The translations under genes and the position numbers were made by a program. The notes below the pieces were generated by a model. It was given only the letters and a program-made list of their open reading frames with translations. It was not told the DNA's origin and searched no databases. From Octopus sinensis (lineage: Eukaryota), in the NCBI RefSeq assembly GCF_006345805.1, contig NC_042998.1:201128001-201192000 (forward strand): a stretch of 64,000 bases of DNA, read 5' to 3'. Shown piece by piece: positions 1 through 11,910 of the stretch. The stretch's first letter is position 1; each line of letters starts with the position of its first letter.

Positions 1-202
1 ATGTCGGCGTTATTAAAGTTCCAGTATATGTTAATGGCTTAATTCCTGGAGGACATGATGATAAGGATGTTATCAACATACCTGGAGAAGAAGATGCATG
101 AGCATTTTTGCGTGCTGTGCATTCAAGCTTATCCATGTACGTGATGGTTAGCAGGCCTGAAAGGGTAGTTATTATTCCATATATATAAAGATAGTTTAAC
201 AG

Positions 203-247
203 AAACTGTCCGACGAACTGGAACGTGAAACTCCGAGTAACAGGTTT
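203..247 (+). ncRNA. Type-I hammerhead ribozyme-like motif (family A, core CCGACGA)
   Basis: aaactgt-CCGACGA-ac(tggaac)gt-GAA-ACT(ccg)AGT-A-acaggtt. Stem I is 203-209 with 240-246 (one mismatch), stem II is only 2 bp, stem III ACTCCGAGT is near-palindromic, and the cleavage triplet is GUA. The element ends against (TA)n at about 280. Confidence 0.6.
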
Positions 248-275
248 TATTGAATTTCTGCTGCTTTTAAATAAA

Positions 276-312
<37 letters not shown>

Positions 313-437
313 AACGTAAGCACATAAATGCAAGACACGTTGAGTAAAAATTCTACTTGAGTGAACGTGAACGGGATCTTGATACTCTGTGTAGCAGTGT
401 TTTATGATATTTTTGTGATGTTTTTGTAGCCTTAATA

Positions 438-474
<37 letters not shown>

Positions 475-816
475 ACACAAAGTAAGTTAGGGGTTATGAG
501 TGGAGTTTCAATAATTTATATTATGACTTTATAATTTTATTGTTATCTTATATGTATACATTAATTATAATGTATATATGTATGCTATTGACGTTCTCAT
601 TTTGTTAAATGAATAAATAATTCAACATTCTGATATCCGAATTAGTTAGAATAATGGGTTAAGTTAGAATATAATATATTTATATGTAAGTAAACATATT
701 TATAATATATGTATTTACAAAAATTCAGAAAACGAGACTGTGTCAAAATGTAAAAGAACCATGTGTTGAATGGTGGTGATTGGAAAATAAGCGAAACGTG
801 TGTGTATACATACATG

Positions 817-932
<116 letters not shown>

Positions 933-1102
933 AACTATACATTAGGGTATTTCGAGATAACACCATGCTGGTATCTCACAGATACCCTGAGGTATAGTTT
1001 AAATAATTATTACCTTTGTATGGTATTTATCCAATGCTGGCCACTAGATAAGATCGATATTGAAATATCGATATTAACCTTATTTATAAATTTATATTTA
1101 TA

Positions 1103-1183
<81 letters not shown>

Positions 1184-1500
1184 GATTAACTGTTGAAGTG
1201 GACGGACGTCTATTTGTTTCTCTCCAAGTCAGTAGCAAGCTACACAGCTTCAAAACTAACTGACCTTAAATATATATATATTTGTAACCACGTGTTTGCC
1301 TACAAACCCGTAAGTACGTTTTCATTTAACTACAAATTGTTATATACACCTGTTTTTCTTTTATATCCTCAAACAACCAAATAATCAAAAACTCACACCC
1401 TTAAGAGAGAACATTTATATATATATACACTTCTTTAACTCCCAAGAAAGAATATATATATTTTCAAAAATCAAAAGGAAAACAAACAAAAGAAAAAAAC

Positions 1501-2297
1501 ATGACTGACTTGCAGGCCTGCAACAGACGAAATTGGTCTGATACCGAAATTGATGTTTTAATAAACACATGGTTCTCTCTTCCCAAACAGAAAATCTAAA
1601 TGTCTTGTGTTTGAATGAGATTGCCGAAAAAACATCACAAGTGGTGAACACACGATCCGTCAAACAGATTCGTAGCAAGCTGAAACATATCGAAGTATCT
1701 TTCAAACTGATAAGAGGCCATTATGAAAAGCTTCTACATATTTTCACAGTTCAAGAACAACAACAGCTAGAAAATCAGCAGCCACAACAAAAACAACAAC
1801 AGAATGAGCCACTCCTGGTTCCCAGCACAATGGCTGACCCTAACATCGGTCAAGCACAACAACAACAACAACAGCCACAGCAACAAGAACAACAACAGCC
1901 ACTCCTCAACTCTAGCTTACTAGATGATTCACTAAATGCCAGTATCTTTTCACCGCTCTCACAGCAACCACCACAATTATCATCATCATCATCACCACCG
2001 CTGCCACCATCGTCTTCTATCACCAAAAATACCAACAGAAAACCAAATAAGAAACCACTGCCCTCTTCCCCCACATCACCACCTCAATACTACTGCAGTA
2101 ACAAAAACTTAAAGAAACATAGGAAGCAGAATGCGCCCCCACGGCACAAACAAGAAATCCCCAAATATGCCGCTATTCACTGCGCCAGAGACTCTGCACA
2201 AATAGTGACTGCATCTTCACGCATCTACCCGGCACTAGACGCACTACCGGCAAGGCCAAAGCACGCATCCCACAATAACATCAACACCACCAAATAG
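1501..2297 (+). pseudogene. LINE ORF1-like region: N-terminal Myb/SANT-like (trihelix-type) domain followed by Gln/Pro/Ser-rich linker
   Basis: The 1501 frame reads MTDLQACNRRNWSDTEIDVLINTWFS. After frameshifts near 1590-1615 it continues EIAEKTSQVVNTRSVKQIRSKLKHIEVSFK, matching the W-(S/T)-x2-E-x3-LI-x2-W ... IA-x-K ... R-(S/T)-x2-Q-x-R-x-K pattern. Poly-Q follows. Confidence 0.55.
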
Positions 2298-2789
2298 TAA
2301 ATCGAAATTCAAAACACACACAACACGGAGTCCCAAAATCTGCCGGTATTCCCAACGTGAGAGAACATGTCTACTGAGTGACTGTCCCTTCACTCATCTT
2401 CCAGGGACCCGACGCACAAACAGAAACGGGGCCTCAAGCCAACACACAAACCTGAATAACAATAAAAATAGAAAAACACACCATGCTGCAGTAATGCTGG
2501 TCCAGTCTTTTCAGGAAGACACAAAAACAACAACAAAACAAAAGTGGAAACTACAACCCTATCCAACAGTGCAACCACACCTCCAGCCAAAAACTGCTCC
2601 CTAAGCAGGAAAATTCTTTTTTAGCCATGTTGAACATGGCAAAAGAGATACACAAAAACATTCTAGCCATCACTCAACACCATCCTATGCTATTACCCCA
2701 GTGCACCAATTCCCCACATTGCTGCCACTAACACACACAAAAATCCAAGCCCCCTGCAACAGTCAAAACCAGCCACTACACTAACCTCC

Positions 2790-3470
2790 ACATTCCTACT
2801 CAATGCACAAGGTGTCAGCCCTTCCATCAATGCACAAAATGGAAGGTCCAATTCATTGAAGACTGGGTTGGTAACCATTCACACCACATCCCTTTCTTCA
2901 TTCTCACTGAGACCCACCTTGACACTCCCACTTGGAAGCCGAAGTGAGAGTGAAGAATTTCACAACCATCCGCGCGGATCGTATCGGCAGGAGGAAGGGT
3001 GGAACTGCCATTTTCCTGCATGATTCATTTACGGCAGATGGAAATAGTATATTCTCCAACGGCTACTGTGAATCAGTCACCGTGCACAACAAAGCCAATG
3101 ACCTGACAGTAATTGGGCTCTATAGGCCGCCCCAAACACCCATACTGTGCTTTAAAGAATGCCTCAACAGCATTAAGTGCTTTATTCAACAGTGCCATTC
3201 TAGCAACATACTCATGATGGGAGACTTCAATCTACCCTGTGTTGACTGGACTACAAACTGTTTGAAACCAAGCACTCCCGCCTCAACCGCTGACAAAGAA
3301 GCAGCAGAGTCACTTTTCGACTTTACGAATGAGTTTTTCTTGTCCCAACTTGTCCTTGCACCAACAAGACATCAGAACATTTTGGACCTAGTGTTTAGTA
3401 ACCACACTAACACTATACATAATGTTACAGTGGAAAAACCTTCTTTCAGACCATGACATGGTTCTCTGTA
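2790..3470 (+). pseudogene. Apurinic/apyrimidinic-like endonuclease domain of LINE ORF2
   Basis: Motifs FLLNAQG, LTETHL, RADR..RKGG, YRPP, MGDFN, LDLVFSN and DHDMV, spread over 2-3 frames. Confidence 0.9.
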
Positions 3471-3534
3471 ACATGAAATTCCACCAGCCGAAAGCTAATC
3501 CTAGTGACCTTCCTCCAGCCCACCATTTGACAAC

Positions 3535-5706
3535 ATGGATCTCCATAAGCCAACTGGGATGCAATCAGGAACGAGCTATCAAATGTTGACTGGTCCTTTA
3601 CACATACACACATCTCCACCAACCATAAAACATCTTGGCAGATTTTGTAGACACCGTCACAGACATATGTGCAAAACACTCCCCACCAAGACCTGTGAAC
3701 AAAAAGTGCAGAATCCCCCAAAACAGAAAAACCATTATCAGAAAAATAAAAAGAACAAACAAAAAAATAACAAACTAAAGTACTGCCAACAGCAACACAC
3801 ACATTCGACGGCTATCGCACTGCTTGAATCCAAAACATATAACCTCCAACAATGCATGAAGACCCTCATCAATAACCAAAGATCAGCTGAGGAGAAGTGG
3901 GCCATTGAAAAAATCAAACTCAACCCCAAAGTGTTCTTTTCATTTGCGAGGAAACGCAGGGTCACTGTCTCCACTGTAGGCCCTCTAATTGACGAAACTG
4001 GCACTCTCCAAGATAATGCCAAATCCATGGCCGAGATACTGCAGAAACAATACTGCTCTTTTTTCAGCAATCCTGATATGGCCGATCTGGGCTGTATCAG
4101 TGATGTCAACCCCCAACACACTATATCGGACATAACGTTTAGTACCCCTGATGTCTTAGCGGCGATAAACGAAATAAAACACAATTCAGCAGTAGGCCCC
4201 GATAGGTTCCCTGCTTGTGTCCTGAAGGTGTGTCGACACCAACTTGCATCTCCCCTTGCTAATCTGTGGAGAAACTCACTGGATGCTGGCTATATTCCAA
4301 AAAACCTTCTGTCGCAGTCTGTTGTCCCAGTTTTCAAAAAGGGAAACAAGTCCCTTGCAGTGAATTACCGTCCGATCTCACTCACCTCTCATATCATCAA
4401 GGTATTTGAGAGGGTGGTGATATCTCGAATAACCCAATTTCTGGAAAGCAACAGACGGCTGATCTCCAACCAACATGGGTTCCGTAATGGAAGGGACTGC
4501 CTAACGCAGCTCCTGCATCACTTTGAGGACATTTTGAGAGCTTTGGGAGAGGGCTCCAACACCGATGTCATCTACCTTGATTTCAGTAAGGCCTTCGACA
4601 GGGTCGATCACAAGATCCTATTGAAAAAACTATCCAACATTGGTGTCTCTGGAAAGTTACTGAAATGGATTAAGTGTTTCCTGACAGACAGATCTCAACA
4701 TGTTGTAGTTGAAGGGGTAAAATCAAGCCCAGCCAAAGTCAGTAGTGGCGTTCCGCAAGGCCCACTTCTTTTCATCATTTACATTAATGACATCATCAAG
4801 CACAGCAACATAAAAATCTTTGCAGATGACTCCAAGCTACAGAAGGTCATAAATGAGGCGAGTGACCGGACATGCCTTCAGTCAGATCTACTGGCTGTTA
4901 TCCAATGGGCAGAAAAAAACAATATGCTGCTGAACGAGGATAAATTTGAGCTAATCCACTTTGGAAAAGAGGATGCCCTGAAACTCCCATACTCCCTTCC
5001 TTCAGGTGAAACTCTCGCGGCGTCCAACAACATCAGAGACTTGGGAGTAATTGTGGACAACAACGTAAGCTGGGCCACTCATATAAACACCAAAGTTGAC
5101 ATGGCCCGCAGAATGTGTTCCTGGATTCTCAGAACTTTCCAGTCGAGAGATATCCGCACCATTATCCTTCTCTTCTCCACTTTTGCCCGACCCCACCTTG
5201 AATACTGTTGTCCACTGTGGTCTCCCCACACAATACAAGGTATCATAAAAGTTGAAGCACCTCAAAGGGCAATCACAAAAAAGATAGATGGCATGACAGG
5301 CCTCGACTATTGGGGTCGACTAGAAAAGCTAAAACTCTATTCTCTCCAACGTCGTCGTGAGCGCTACATCATCTGCATGATGTGGGAAATATTCCATCAG
5401 CATTGCCCAAATGATGTTGGCATCACCTTTAAGGTACATCCAAGGCTTGGGCCCCGTGCCATCCGCCCAAAACAAAAATCGCACTCTCATCTCATAACAA
5501 CAATACGGCACAATTATTTCACCTCAATTGGCCCCGCTCTCTTTAACATTACACCAAAACACATTAAAACAGAAACTGACCCTATAGGGTTCCAGAAGTC
5601 TTTGGACAGATTCCTTCAAGAAATCCCGGATAAACCCCCTACACCCGGATATGTCTCTGTAAACAATAACTCTCTACTTGAGTGGGCCATAGTGCCCAAA
5701 TTCTGA
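3535..5706 (+). pseudogene. LINE reverse transcriptase (CR1-group)
   Basis: The 723-aa ORF has NPKVFFSF, AVGPD, NYRPISLTS, QHGFR, YLDFSKAFD, GVPQG, FADD, RDLGV, RPHLEYC and LYSLQRRRERY. Its first roughly 80 aa are probably out of the true frame. Confidence 0.92.
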
Positions 5707-5801
5707 CTTGAAAGACTTCACCAGGTGGTGCTATTAAGTTAGACATGGCCTGGGCCAATAATGGCCGAAACCTATCGAAGTATCAAAGTATCAAAGTATA
5801 A

Positions 5802-5876
<75 letters not shown>

Positions 5877-6085
5877 TGGTTCTGAATAATATACAATTAA
5901 CATCCCAATCCCTTTCTTCTTTTATATGAATAACAGCTATATGTTTATATATATACATATATATATACCTATTATTTTAAGGAAATGAATTTCCCAATAT
6001 ATATTGAACCAGTACTTCCTAGGATGCAACTATCCCTTCATGTGGTTAATTCAATTTCTAATTGAATTTAAGTATATCTATATAT

Positions 6086-6760
6086 CCCTTGCTCTCGCCC
6101 ACCTCCTGCACTTGCCCCTACCTCTCCAATACCACCATCCTCACAGGCACCAATCATCGTCCCTATCATATCACTGACTCCTTTACATGCACATCAAACA
6201 ACATCATTTACTGCATCTCCTGATCTTTATGAGCTTCTCTGTACATCTCTGAAACGGGACGCCGATTGTCTCTCCGGTTCGCGGAGCACTTCTGAGACAT
6301 TAGACATTCAACTCCCACTCCACTTCATCTGGCTCCCTTCCCCTCTCCTCTCTTCACCCATACCCATTTCTCTCCTCTCTTCACCCCTACCCACTTATCT
6401 CATCTCTGGCCTTGACACCTACTTTCTCTGTTCACTCCAATCCACCTTCTCTCTTCATCGTTACCGCCTTCATCCACACTCCACCCTTACAAATCCCAAC
6501 CCACCATCACATTCCCAGACCCCATCCTCGCATCACCACACCCCAACACCATCATACCCCAACACCATCACATCCCAACACCGCCATACCACACACAACC
6601 ACGCCAACCCGCATCCACTTGCACTGAGCACTTCACAGCACCCACACCGTCATCCACACACCCACATATTACAGACGCAAACACAGTCGTACACATCCAC
6701 ATATCAAGGTCTCCATCCCCTATCCACAGGCGCAAACTTAAGCACTCTCACATACACACG
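6086..6760 (+). mobile_element. Penelope-like element 3' relic: GIY-YIG endonuclease pseudogene plus C-rich 3' region
   Basis: 6086-6325 translates as SCTCPYLSNTTILTGTNHRPYHITDSFTCTSNNIIYCIS*SL*ASLYISETGRRLSLRFAEHF*DIR. A CA/CT-rich low-complexity tract follows. Same family as 51880-52185. Confidence 0.85.
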
Positions 6761-6939
6761 AACGCGCACCTTCTTTTTCGGATAACCAATACTTTATTAT
6801 CTCCCATTCTTCCTAGCTCTCCTGTCTAACTACACCCGAAGAGCCATAGGAAGAGAAATGCTAGACATAAAACTAGCACACTGGGTCATTCGCTGAGAAG
6901 GCACCTCTCAAAGAACCAAAAAAGGGACAGAAATCAATT

Positions 6940-7245
6940 CACACTAAGAAACTGTCCCATCCGTGACACAGATTTATACCAACAGGTAAATGTTGTGTAT
7001 CGAATATAATGCAACAAATGCAATAGGTTCTATGTGGGCAGCACAACAAGACCGTTACATGTCCGCAACGAAGAACATCTGAACAGGAGAGCCTCCTCCT
7101 TCAGAAAACATCTAGAAGCCGGAACACCGACAAAAGCATAACAGTTACAATTGAGGCTAATGAAATAAATTTGGATAAATTAATAATTAAGGTAGCTATT
7201 CTCATACACAGACTAGGGCCCCAAAGTAGCCACGGGCTGGAGATT
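6940..7245 (+). mobile_element. Second Penelope-like GIY-YIG relic (different family)
   Basis: Translates as NVVYRI*CNKCNRFYVGSTTRPLHVRNEEHLNRRASSFRKHL. Confidence 0.75.
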
Positions 7246-7304
7246 GGTAATCAATATATTATTTAGCTACATCTGGTTGCGTGTAGGTTCATTTTTGATA
7301 ACTC

Positions 7305-7450
7305 TCTCAGATGCAGCACGAACGTTTGTCAGCGAACAGGTCGCGGTCTCAAAGCGACGAAAATATTTTGACAAATTAAATTTGTTGAAGTGAATCGAAC
7401 GGTTTTTGTGTATTTCTTAAATGGCTTATAAACACATTCCACGCTGCAAT
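7305..7450 (+). repeat. Dispersed repeat of about 140 bp, second copy at 47880-48020; unclassified
   Basis: Shared sequence gatgcagcacg..tttgtcag.gaacaggtcgcgg...agcgacgaaaatattttgacaaattaaa...gtgaatcgaacgg...aaatggcttataaacac...cacgctgcaattg. Confidence 0.8.
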
Positions 7451-8022
7451 TGTTTTCGTTCCAGCACACGATCTCAGATCAGGTCACTTGCTCGGCAAGT
7501 ACATCTCCGTAATTCTCATATATTATTTATAACAAAAAACAAACGGAAAAAAGGGGAAGGTAAAAAGAAGGGAAGCTGCATGTATTACACATAACTTAGA
7601 AGCAGCGCTAAGGATGTGCCAGCAGAGAGGAGGTTGCGACATGGACGACCTTACGCACTTCTTTTCAGGAATTTCGGAACGAGCTTCGTGAGACCACTGC
7701 TGAGACGCTTCCGAAAAAACTAAAAAACATGCCTAGGGATATCTGAAGAAGGAATTTTATTCCGAAATATCATATCAGACTGGATGATTAAATTACGACA
7801 GTTCTTATTGTCCATTGTTTGTATTATAGTGCATTGCTGTGTCATTCAAAATATTTTATTCTTTACAAACAATACGCAATGCTTCAAGCGAACTACAATA
7901 CTCTCCTATAAACATATGTCTGTGTGTATGTGTATGTATCTATGTACATATATATATACATACAAACATATATCTAGGTATGTGTATATATATATACATG
8001 AATGTATATATATATAAATATA

Positions 8023-8072
<50 letters not shown>

Positions 8073-8073
8073 C

Positions 8074-8126
<53 letters not shown>

Positions 8127-9221
8127 AATGCATTATACATGTGCGTGAGTGAGTGTGTGACACGACGTTTGTATATGATTACCCTGATATATTTACATAT
8201 ATTTGTAAATTTCCATATACGTAAGCATATATACATTTGTCTGACCATAATACAGAGAGCCATAAAGGTAACATATTCACCGACGTAGAAATTTTGGTGC
8301 TCGGTGGATGTTAATATCTTTCGAAATTGCCAGAGAATTACAATATATAAGATGAACCACATCGCAATTTACATATATGAGATAGTCTGATTATGCATCC
8401 AACAATGGATGCATTAACGGCGAATAAATCTTAGAAACATTGAAGATGATAGAAAGAACCAATGAATTATTAACATTTTTGTATACAAACCTTTCCGCAT
8501 TTAGCATATTTCAGCAACACGTTGCCAATATTTTCCCTGTACTGTCATATATACACATACTTATATGCAATGCAGGCACCGTCTTAGGTAGATACGAACA
8601 GGCCTATGTGCGAATAAGCATAAGTATATACGTAAGCACGCATGCATATGTAAATACCTGATAATGTATATACATATGTACATAGACACATCAATCTCTT
8701 TAGTTTTTAGACATTCCGTCGACATTGCCTATTTCATTTGTTTGAAGCCATTCTCTTGCTCACAAGAAGATTTCAAACGATTAAAAATGAAGCAAATATC
8801 ATATATATATACTTATAAGCATGTATACCTCTGATAGTTACGTAGAAGGATTCGGTGTCCGAATACCTCCGCTACTAGAATATTATCCCTAGAAGCAGAT
8901 ATTAGCCTTAAGGTGAAGCGGTTGGAGTACTACAGCCGGCATTATTCGCTCTTAATTTCTTAGCTATGGAGATGGTGTCTACCGACATACGTACACTCAT
9001 TAAGATATCACACAAAGCTCTCAGACAAAGACAATATTTAAGTTGCAGTGAAATAATTGTTCGCTTACGATTGTGCTTTCACATTGTGGAGGGGATGCAG
9101 AATGAGTAGGGCGATTTTGTTGGTTGTCTTGAGAAGTGATATGCACAATATAATTATTTATGTGCAAAATACTTAACAAATACTAGTGACACAAAGTTAC
9201 CACATGCTTATTTTTTACCAG

Positions 9222-9254
9222 GATCCGGTCGAGATAAAGGCCTGACCCTATCTG
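9222..9254 (+). CDS. Candidate 33-nt phase-1/phase-1 microexon of an unidentified host gene
   Basis: catgcttattttttaccag|GATCCGGTCGAGATAAAGGCCTGACCCTATCTG|gtaagt. It is 55% GC in an AT-rich context, and only one frame is open: (G)SGRDKGLTLS(G). Confidence 0.4.
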
Positions 9255-9569
9255 GTAAGTAGAAACAGTGATGACAATAGTCTCAATGGAAAATTAAGAA
9301 CAGTAAACAAGCCAAGTTTAAGATATCTGATGAAACACGAAATAACGAGAAAGTAGGATGCGTGTGGCAGCTCACTGTTTGAAATGTTGATATACCGACT
9401 GCATAAAAACTTACGTGTGACACTGAATGCAATATAAATGTGTATGTGAATAAAATATTACCTACTCTATTATACAACTGGACCCATATATAATATACAG
9501 CAACCATATTAAACTAAAATGTGCATGCAGTTCTATATTTAAGAGATAAGGAATTATGTAGAGAATTTA

Positions 9570-9730
9570 CATTATTTACGTTTGACAATATTTGTCCTGA
9601 TCTTGCTTGTTTTTACCACAACGTTTCGGCTGATGTGCTCTCCAGCCTTTATCAAGTGTCTTAGGGAAATTTCTAACCTGAGTCCCAAGGTTTTTTCGAT
9701 GTTGTTATTGTTGTTGTTGTTGTTGTTGTT
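9570..9730 (-). mobile_element. Short microsatellite-anchored element with hammerhead-like motif (family B, copy 1)
   Basis: The minus strand reads gacac-TTGATAA-a-ggctg(gagagcacat)cagcc-GAA-ACGT-T-gtggt at 9660-9615, with a decayed core and a perfect 5-bp stem II. It is homologous to 10745-10905 in the opposite orientation. Confidence 0.7.
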
Positions 9731-9739
9731 GTTGTTCTT

Positions 9740-9815
<76 letters not shown>

Positions 9816-9818
<3 letters not shown>

Positions 9819-10397
9819 TATGTTTGACTTTTGCTTTATATTTGTACAAGTTGGCTCCAAGTCTCACCCAGAGACCTCAAGAGACAACAGGGTTGGAAGT
9901 TCATGTTGTTGTTATGCCTAGTGTGCCATATATTTGGGGGGTGGGGGTGTTGTACTAATGAATGTCTAAAAAAGGTTTTTTTTCTTTTTTTTAAACCGAA
10001 AATTATGTTTGTTTTAAGCCTTGAGATTACATAGAGAGTATTTTGCGTAGGATATGAGCAGTTCCCATGAGCACTATCTTTTGAACTTCTGCCATTTTTG
10101 GGTTTCCTGGTATCTGAGTTAGGTAGCTATCAGCCCCTCCCTTTTGCTATCATTCCCAGGGCACCTATGACAACAGGTATTGTTTTAGTCTTCAGCTTCC
10201 ACATTTTGCTGATTTCTATTTCAAGATCTTTATATTTGCTCAGTTTTTGGTAGGTCTTGACAGATACGTTTATATCGATTGGGACAGTCATATCAATGAG
10301 GAGGCATGTTCTTTGTTTTAAGTCTTTCAATATGATGTCTGGCCTATTTGCATCTATCTTTCTGTCAGTTTGAATGGTGAAGTTCCAGAGGAGTGAG
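9816..10397 (-). mobile_element. 5'-truncated R4/Dong-clade non-LTR retrotransposon (restriction-like endonuclease C-terminus plus 3' UTR)
   Basis: The minus strand reads LWNFTIQTDRKIDANRPDIILKDLKQRTCLLIDMTVPIDINVSVKTYQKLSKYKDLEIEISKMWKLKTKTIPVVIGALG, the PD-(D/E)xK-type RLE pattern. (TAA)n flanks both sides. Confidence 0.85.
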
Positions 10398-10399
10398 AT

Positions 10400-10466
10400 T
10401 ATTATTATTATTATATTATTATATTATTATTATATTATTATTATTATTATTATTATTAATATTATT

Positions 10467-10499
<33 letters not shown>

Positions 10500-10522
10500 A
10501 TTATTATTATTATTATTATTAA

Positions 10523-10556
<34 letters not shown>

Positions 10557-10605
10557 GTTATTATTATCATTGTTGTTGTTGTTGTTGTTGTTATTATTAT
10601 TATTA

Positions 10606-10676
<71 letters not shown>
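10400..10676. repeat. Compound (TTA)n/(TTG)n microsatellite
   Basis: Seen directly. A partner (TTG)n(TTC)n(TTA)n tract lies at 9700-9815. Confidence 0.95.
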
Positions 10677-10679
<3 letters not shown>

Positions 10680-10740
10680 TTACGGCCTCGAATCGAACCC
10701 GGAACATTTGGGTTAGTAGCCCACGCTCTTAACCCCAAGA
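10676..10740 (-). mobile_element. tRNA-derived SINE head fragment
   Basis: The minus strand reads ggttaagagcgtgggctactaacccaaatgttccgggttcgattcgaggcc, with A-box-like and B-box (GTTCGATTC) motifs and no intact acceptor stem. Confidence 0.6.
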
Positions 10741-10744
10741 TTCA

Positions 10745-10905
10745 ACAACAACAAAATCGAAAAATACATTACGAATGAGAGCCCATGTTCGAAATTTTCC
10801 CAAGATACCTGATGAACGCTGGAAGGCATATCACCCGAAACATTGTGTTAACAACAAACAACATAAGGACAAATATCCGTCAAATGTAAACAATATAAAT
10901 AATGT
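10745..10905 (+). mobile_element. Short microsatellite-anchored element with hammerhead-like motif (family B, copy 2)
   Basis: gatac-CTGATGA-a-cgctg(gaaggcatat)caccc-GAA-ACAT-T-gtgtt at 10804-10849. The core CUGAUGA is canonical, stem II is decayed, and ACAT is a CpG-decayed ACGT. Confidence 0.7.
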
Positions 10906-11089
10906 AAAATGCTCGCGCATTTGTGTTGAGGTATTCAAGATAAATGTTGGCCATCACATCATAAGACACAGAAACACACTCATTCGACAGAAAATATATT
11001 TTGCTGTCATGCAAGAAATGTTGGTGCAAAAAAAGAACAGTTGGCTAAAGTATATCCAATGAATAGAAGACAATTGGCTACGGAAAGCC

Positions 11090-11910
11090 TTGCAGTGATT
11101 TCACTGAGTCGCACAAGGACAAACCGTTGAGTGTGAATAGCTGGAGAGTAAGAACTAAAACTGCGGAATTCTTTAAATTCTTTAAGAGATGATCTCTAAA
11201 ATCAATCTGGAATTCGAAAATCATAGTTATGACCACCTCTGGTAAGAATAATTCTGAGCAGAGTGGGGCAGCAGATCGGTAAAAGCATTGCGTCCTTGAC
11301 AGCCTAAGTGATCACAGAGTTAGACCATCATTTTGCGTACAACGTCTCAAAGAAATCAGTACGTTGCGAGACTCCTAAATCAGATAAAGATAAATCTATT
11401 GTCTGTCATGAATGATGAACAACACAAAAATGTCTCAATGCCGCAAAGTCAATATTCTCTGAAATGTCATCATTCTCTCTTTTGTCCCACATTGAAACGT
11501 GTTTATGTCTGGAGAAAGATTTTGATACTGACGGTGTGTTGCTAACGGAAAGCATGGAGGTTGTACAGTGAAGATTTGGGTAGCCATAATACGGAAAACT
11601 CTCTGCTCCTTATTTGTTTTGAATAGCATTGTTAATAGCAAGGATTATGTCAGTAATTTGGCTGACCGTGTCAATCCTTTGATGCATATATTATTCCTTA
11701 ATGATAGTACACACTTTAGGGATGATAACACACCGATTTACACGATTAATACTATTCTAAATGGTTGCAAAGGGAACACAAGAGAAGTAAATCAGTGATC
11801 CACACAAACTGAACATTTATAGTGCATATTAAAGTACTAACTGATGATGAGCAATTTGTTACGCATTCCTTGTTGGAAGGCGTAAAATAGATTTTACTTA
11901 AAAGGTGGCA
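11090..11910 (+). mobile_element. Highly decayed Tc1-like transposase fossil
   Basis: Fragments KRVYVWRK, GKHGGCTVKIWVAI and HFRDDNTPIYT correspond to Tc1 motifs RVYVWR, KHGGGSVMVWG and FQxDNAPIH. Confidence 0.65.

Larger units (their letters stand above)
1501..5800 (+). mobile_element. Near full-length CR1-group non-LTR retrotransposon (LINE), frameshifted
   Basis: ORF1-like region from ATG 1501, then an APE endonuclease (2790-3460) and RT (3535-5706). The 3' UTR has a ggcc-aataat-ggcc hairpin and a short (aagtatc)n tail at about 5777-5800 running into (TA)n. Confidence 0.9.

Noticed and set aside
5755-5775. ggcc-aataat-ggcc-GAAAC at the LINE 3' end as a hammerhead
   Set aside because: There is no CUGANGA-like core upstream, so it is treated as the LINE 3' recognition hairpin.
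11187-11241. Exon-like segment with gtaaga donor
   Set aside because: It lies within the Tc1 fossil and is better explained as transposase remnant.
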